Virus record (IMG/VR): IMGVR_UViG_3300027265_000053 | Coordinates: 1 to 46,399 of that record | DNA: 46,399 bases | Source of the DNA: a virus | Lineage: Duplodnaviria > Caudoviricetes | Strand: one strand, 5' to 3' | Shown here: positions 45,309 through 46,399 of the stretch, in pieces | How positions within the stretch are numbered: the stretch's first letter is position 1 | Layout: each line of letters begins with the position of its first letter | Notes under the pieces: model-generated | What the model saw: the letters and a program-made list of their open reading frames with translations, nothing else | Told to the model about the DNA's origin: nothing | The model's database searches: none | Made by a program: the position numbers and the translations under genes

Positions 45309-45941
45309 TTAGTATTCTGGTTGGCGGATATATGGCTTAATAATGTACAAAAACTCAATGACTGCACCAAGTGCGGTGAGGGCTGCGATCAGAATTAGTG
45401 CCGTTACTGCAAATGCAGCTGAGATCGGTTCAAGTAAGAGCAATGCAAAGGACAGAAATGGAAGTAACAGATACGTATATTTTTGCTGAGCGGTAAACGG
45501 TAGCGCCGCTGAGTTCAACACAATTATCCATATTGCAAACGCGCTTGTGAGTAAAAAGTAAAATGTAAATAGTGACTTGTAGTCGCTCCATTGTATTATT
45601 TTTAGAGTGATTATGGTCACGATTACTACACGCGAAAAATATTCAAATAACCGCCACGCCTTCCCTTTACGTTCTAGGTCAGGTATCTCGTTATTGTGTT
45701 CAAATAGTTCCAGCCTGAAATAAAGAATCAATACGAAAAATCCAACAGCGGTTGTGAAGATATTCAAACTCCACTTTGCATATATTTGATCTGCATGGTT
45801 TGGGAACGAAGTAATAAAATGAGATGGTAGATCATCTGCCCAAAATGCAAATACAGCTTTCGTAATGGCAAACAAGAAAGCGACACCATACACCAATGGG
45901 AATGCCGACCAAATATTGTTATTCGAATGCTTCGTAGTCAT
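45309..45941 (-). CDS. Hypothetical multi-TM protein, cassette-borne
   Basis: About 6 hydrophobic segments, AT-rich. Confidence 0.7.
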   Translation of the reverse strand: MTTKHSNNNIWSAFPLVYGVAFLFAITKAVFAFWADDLPSHFITSFPNHADQIYAKWSLNIFTTAVGFFVLILYFRLELFEHNNEIPDLERKGKAWRLFEYFSRVVIVTIITLKIIQWSDYKSLFTFYFLLTSAFAIWIIVLNSAALPFTAQQKYTYLLLPFLSFALLLLEPISAAFAVTALILIAALTALGAVIEFLYIIKPYIRQPEY

Positions 45942-45969
45942 CGGATACCTTGGCTCATACACTGAGGCT

Positions 45970-46052
45970 GTCTAACGTAGAGCTAACCGGGCGCGGCACG
46001 AAAGCTGAAAAGCAAAACCGGATTATAACCGCGCTCCGGTTGAGCACCATGT
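45970..46052 (-). repeat. Host integron attC site 2, interrupted by the intron
   Basis: Near-identical to site 1; similarity stops at CCATGT. Confidence 0.9.
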
Positions 46053-46399
46053 GTACGCCCGACATGGGCATTAACTAATGAGGTGAAAGTCCTCTGTAGG
46101 AGAATCACCGTCGAAAACCCTGTTGTTATTAGACGATAACTACTAGCGAATGGCAAGGGCTGATCCGTGAGGAGAGGTCCGGAGGAAGCCGGACGCAAAA
46201 CTGCGAGCTGATGAACAAAAACATCATACGAGGCATAGGCTGGAGGCGAGTTGGCACATGACGACGAAGCCAGGTGATTTAACGGCCACTGTAAATGATG
46301 CAGTTGTGCAGGGAAAGTTAATGTTCTTATTCGGGGAGATCTGCTTAACGAGCGATCGGAAGAATACCAGATCGGACGACTGGTTGAACAAAAGTCCAG
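46053..46399 (+). mobile_element. 5' part of a class C (IIC-attC) group II intron, cut by the window edge
   Basis: Starts GTACGCCCGACATGGGC...GAGGTGAAAGTCCTC; inserted after the attC stem at CATGT|, antisense to the cassette genes; RT ORF not in window. Confidence 0.85.

Noticed and set aside
38724-46399. Diversity-generating retroelement or invertible segment targeting the tail fibre
   Set aside because: No TR/VR repeat pair, invertase or phage RT seen; the only retroelement is the host intron.

Overview
About 41 kb of this window (left end outside the window, right end at 41133) is a lambdoid-organised temperate prophage of a proteobacterial host. It has a leftward early arm (tyrosine integrase, DUF4224-type xis, M15 peptidase, DUF2303), a cI/cro switch with matching operators at pL and pR, a replication/Q module, HK97-type head genes and a Mu/SfV-type contractile tail. 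It ends at a duplicated 3' half of tRNA-Asn (att). Host DNA to the right holds a PAS-GGDEF-EAL gene and the end of an integron cassette array: two near-identical attC sites, one invaded by a class C group II intron. Four features stand out. (1) Downstream of the phage integrase is an array of integron attC-like sites whose small genes all lie antisense to canonical cassette orientation and use attC DNA as RBS/start/stop; one attC is split by an ISL3 element carrying passenger genes. (2) Two tandem modules of an unannotated Pro-rich micropeptide plus a 2TM SLATT-like protein sit in the rexAB-equivalent position. (3) A tRNA-like RNA has its anticodon arm replaced by a branched domain. (4) The only endolysin candidate lies in the early operon, far from the holin. 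All calls come from reading motifs and synteny by eye; no searches were run.
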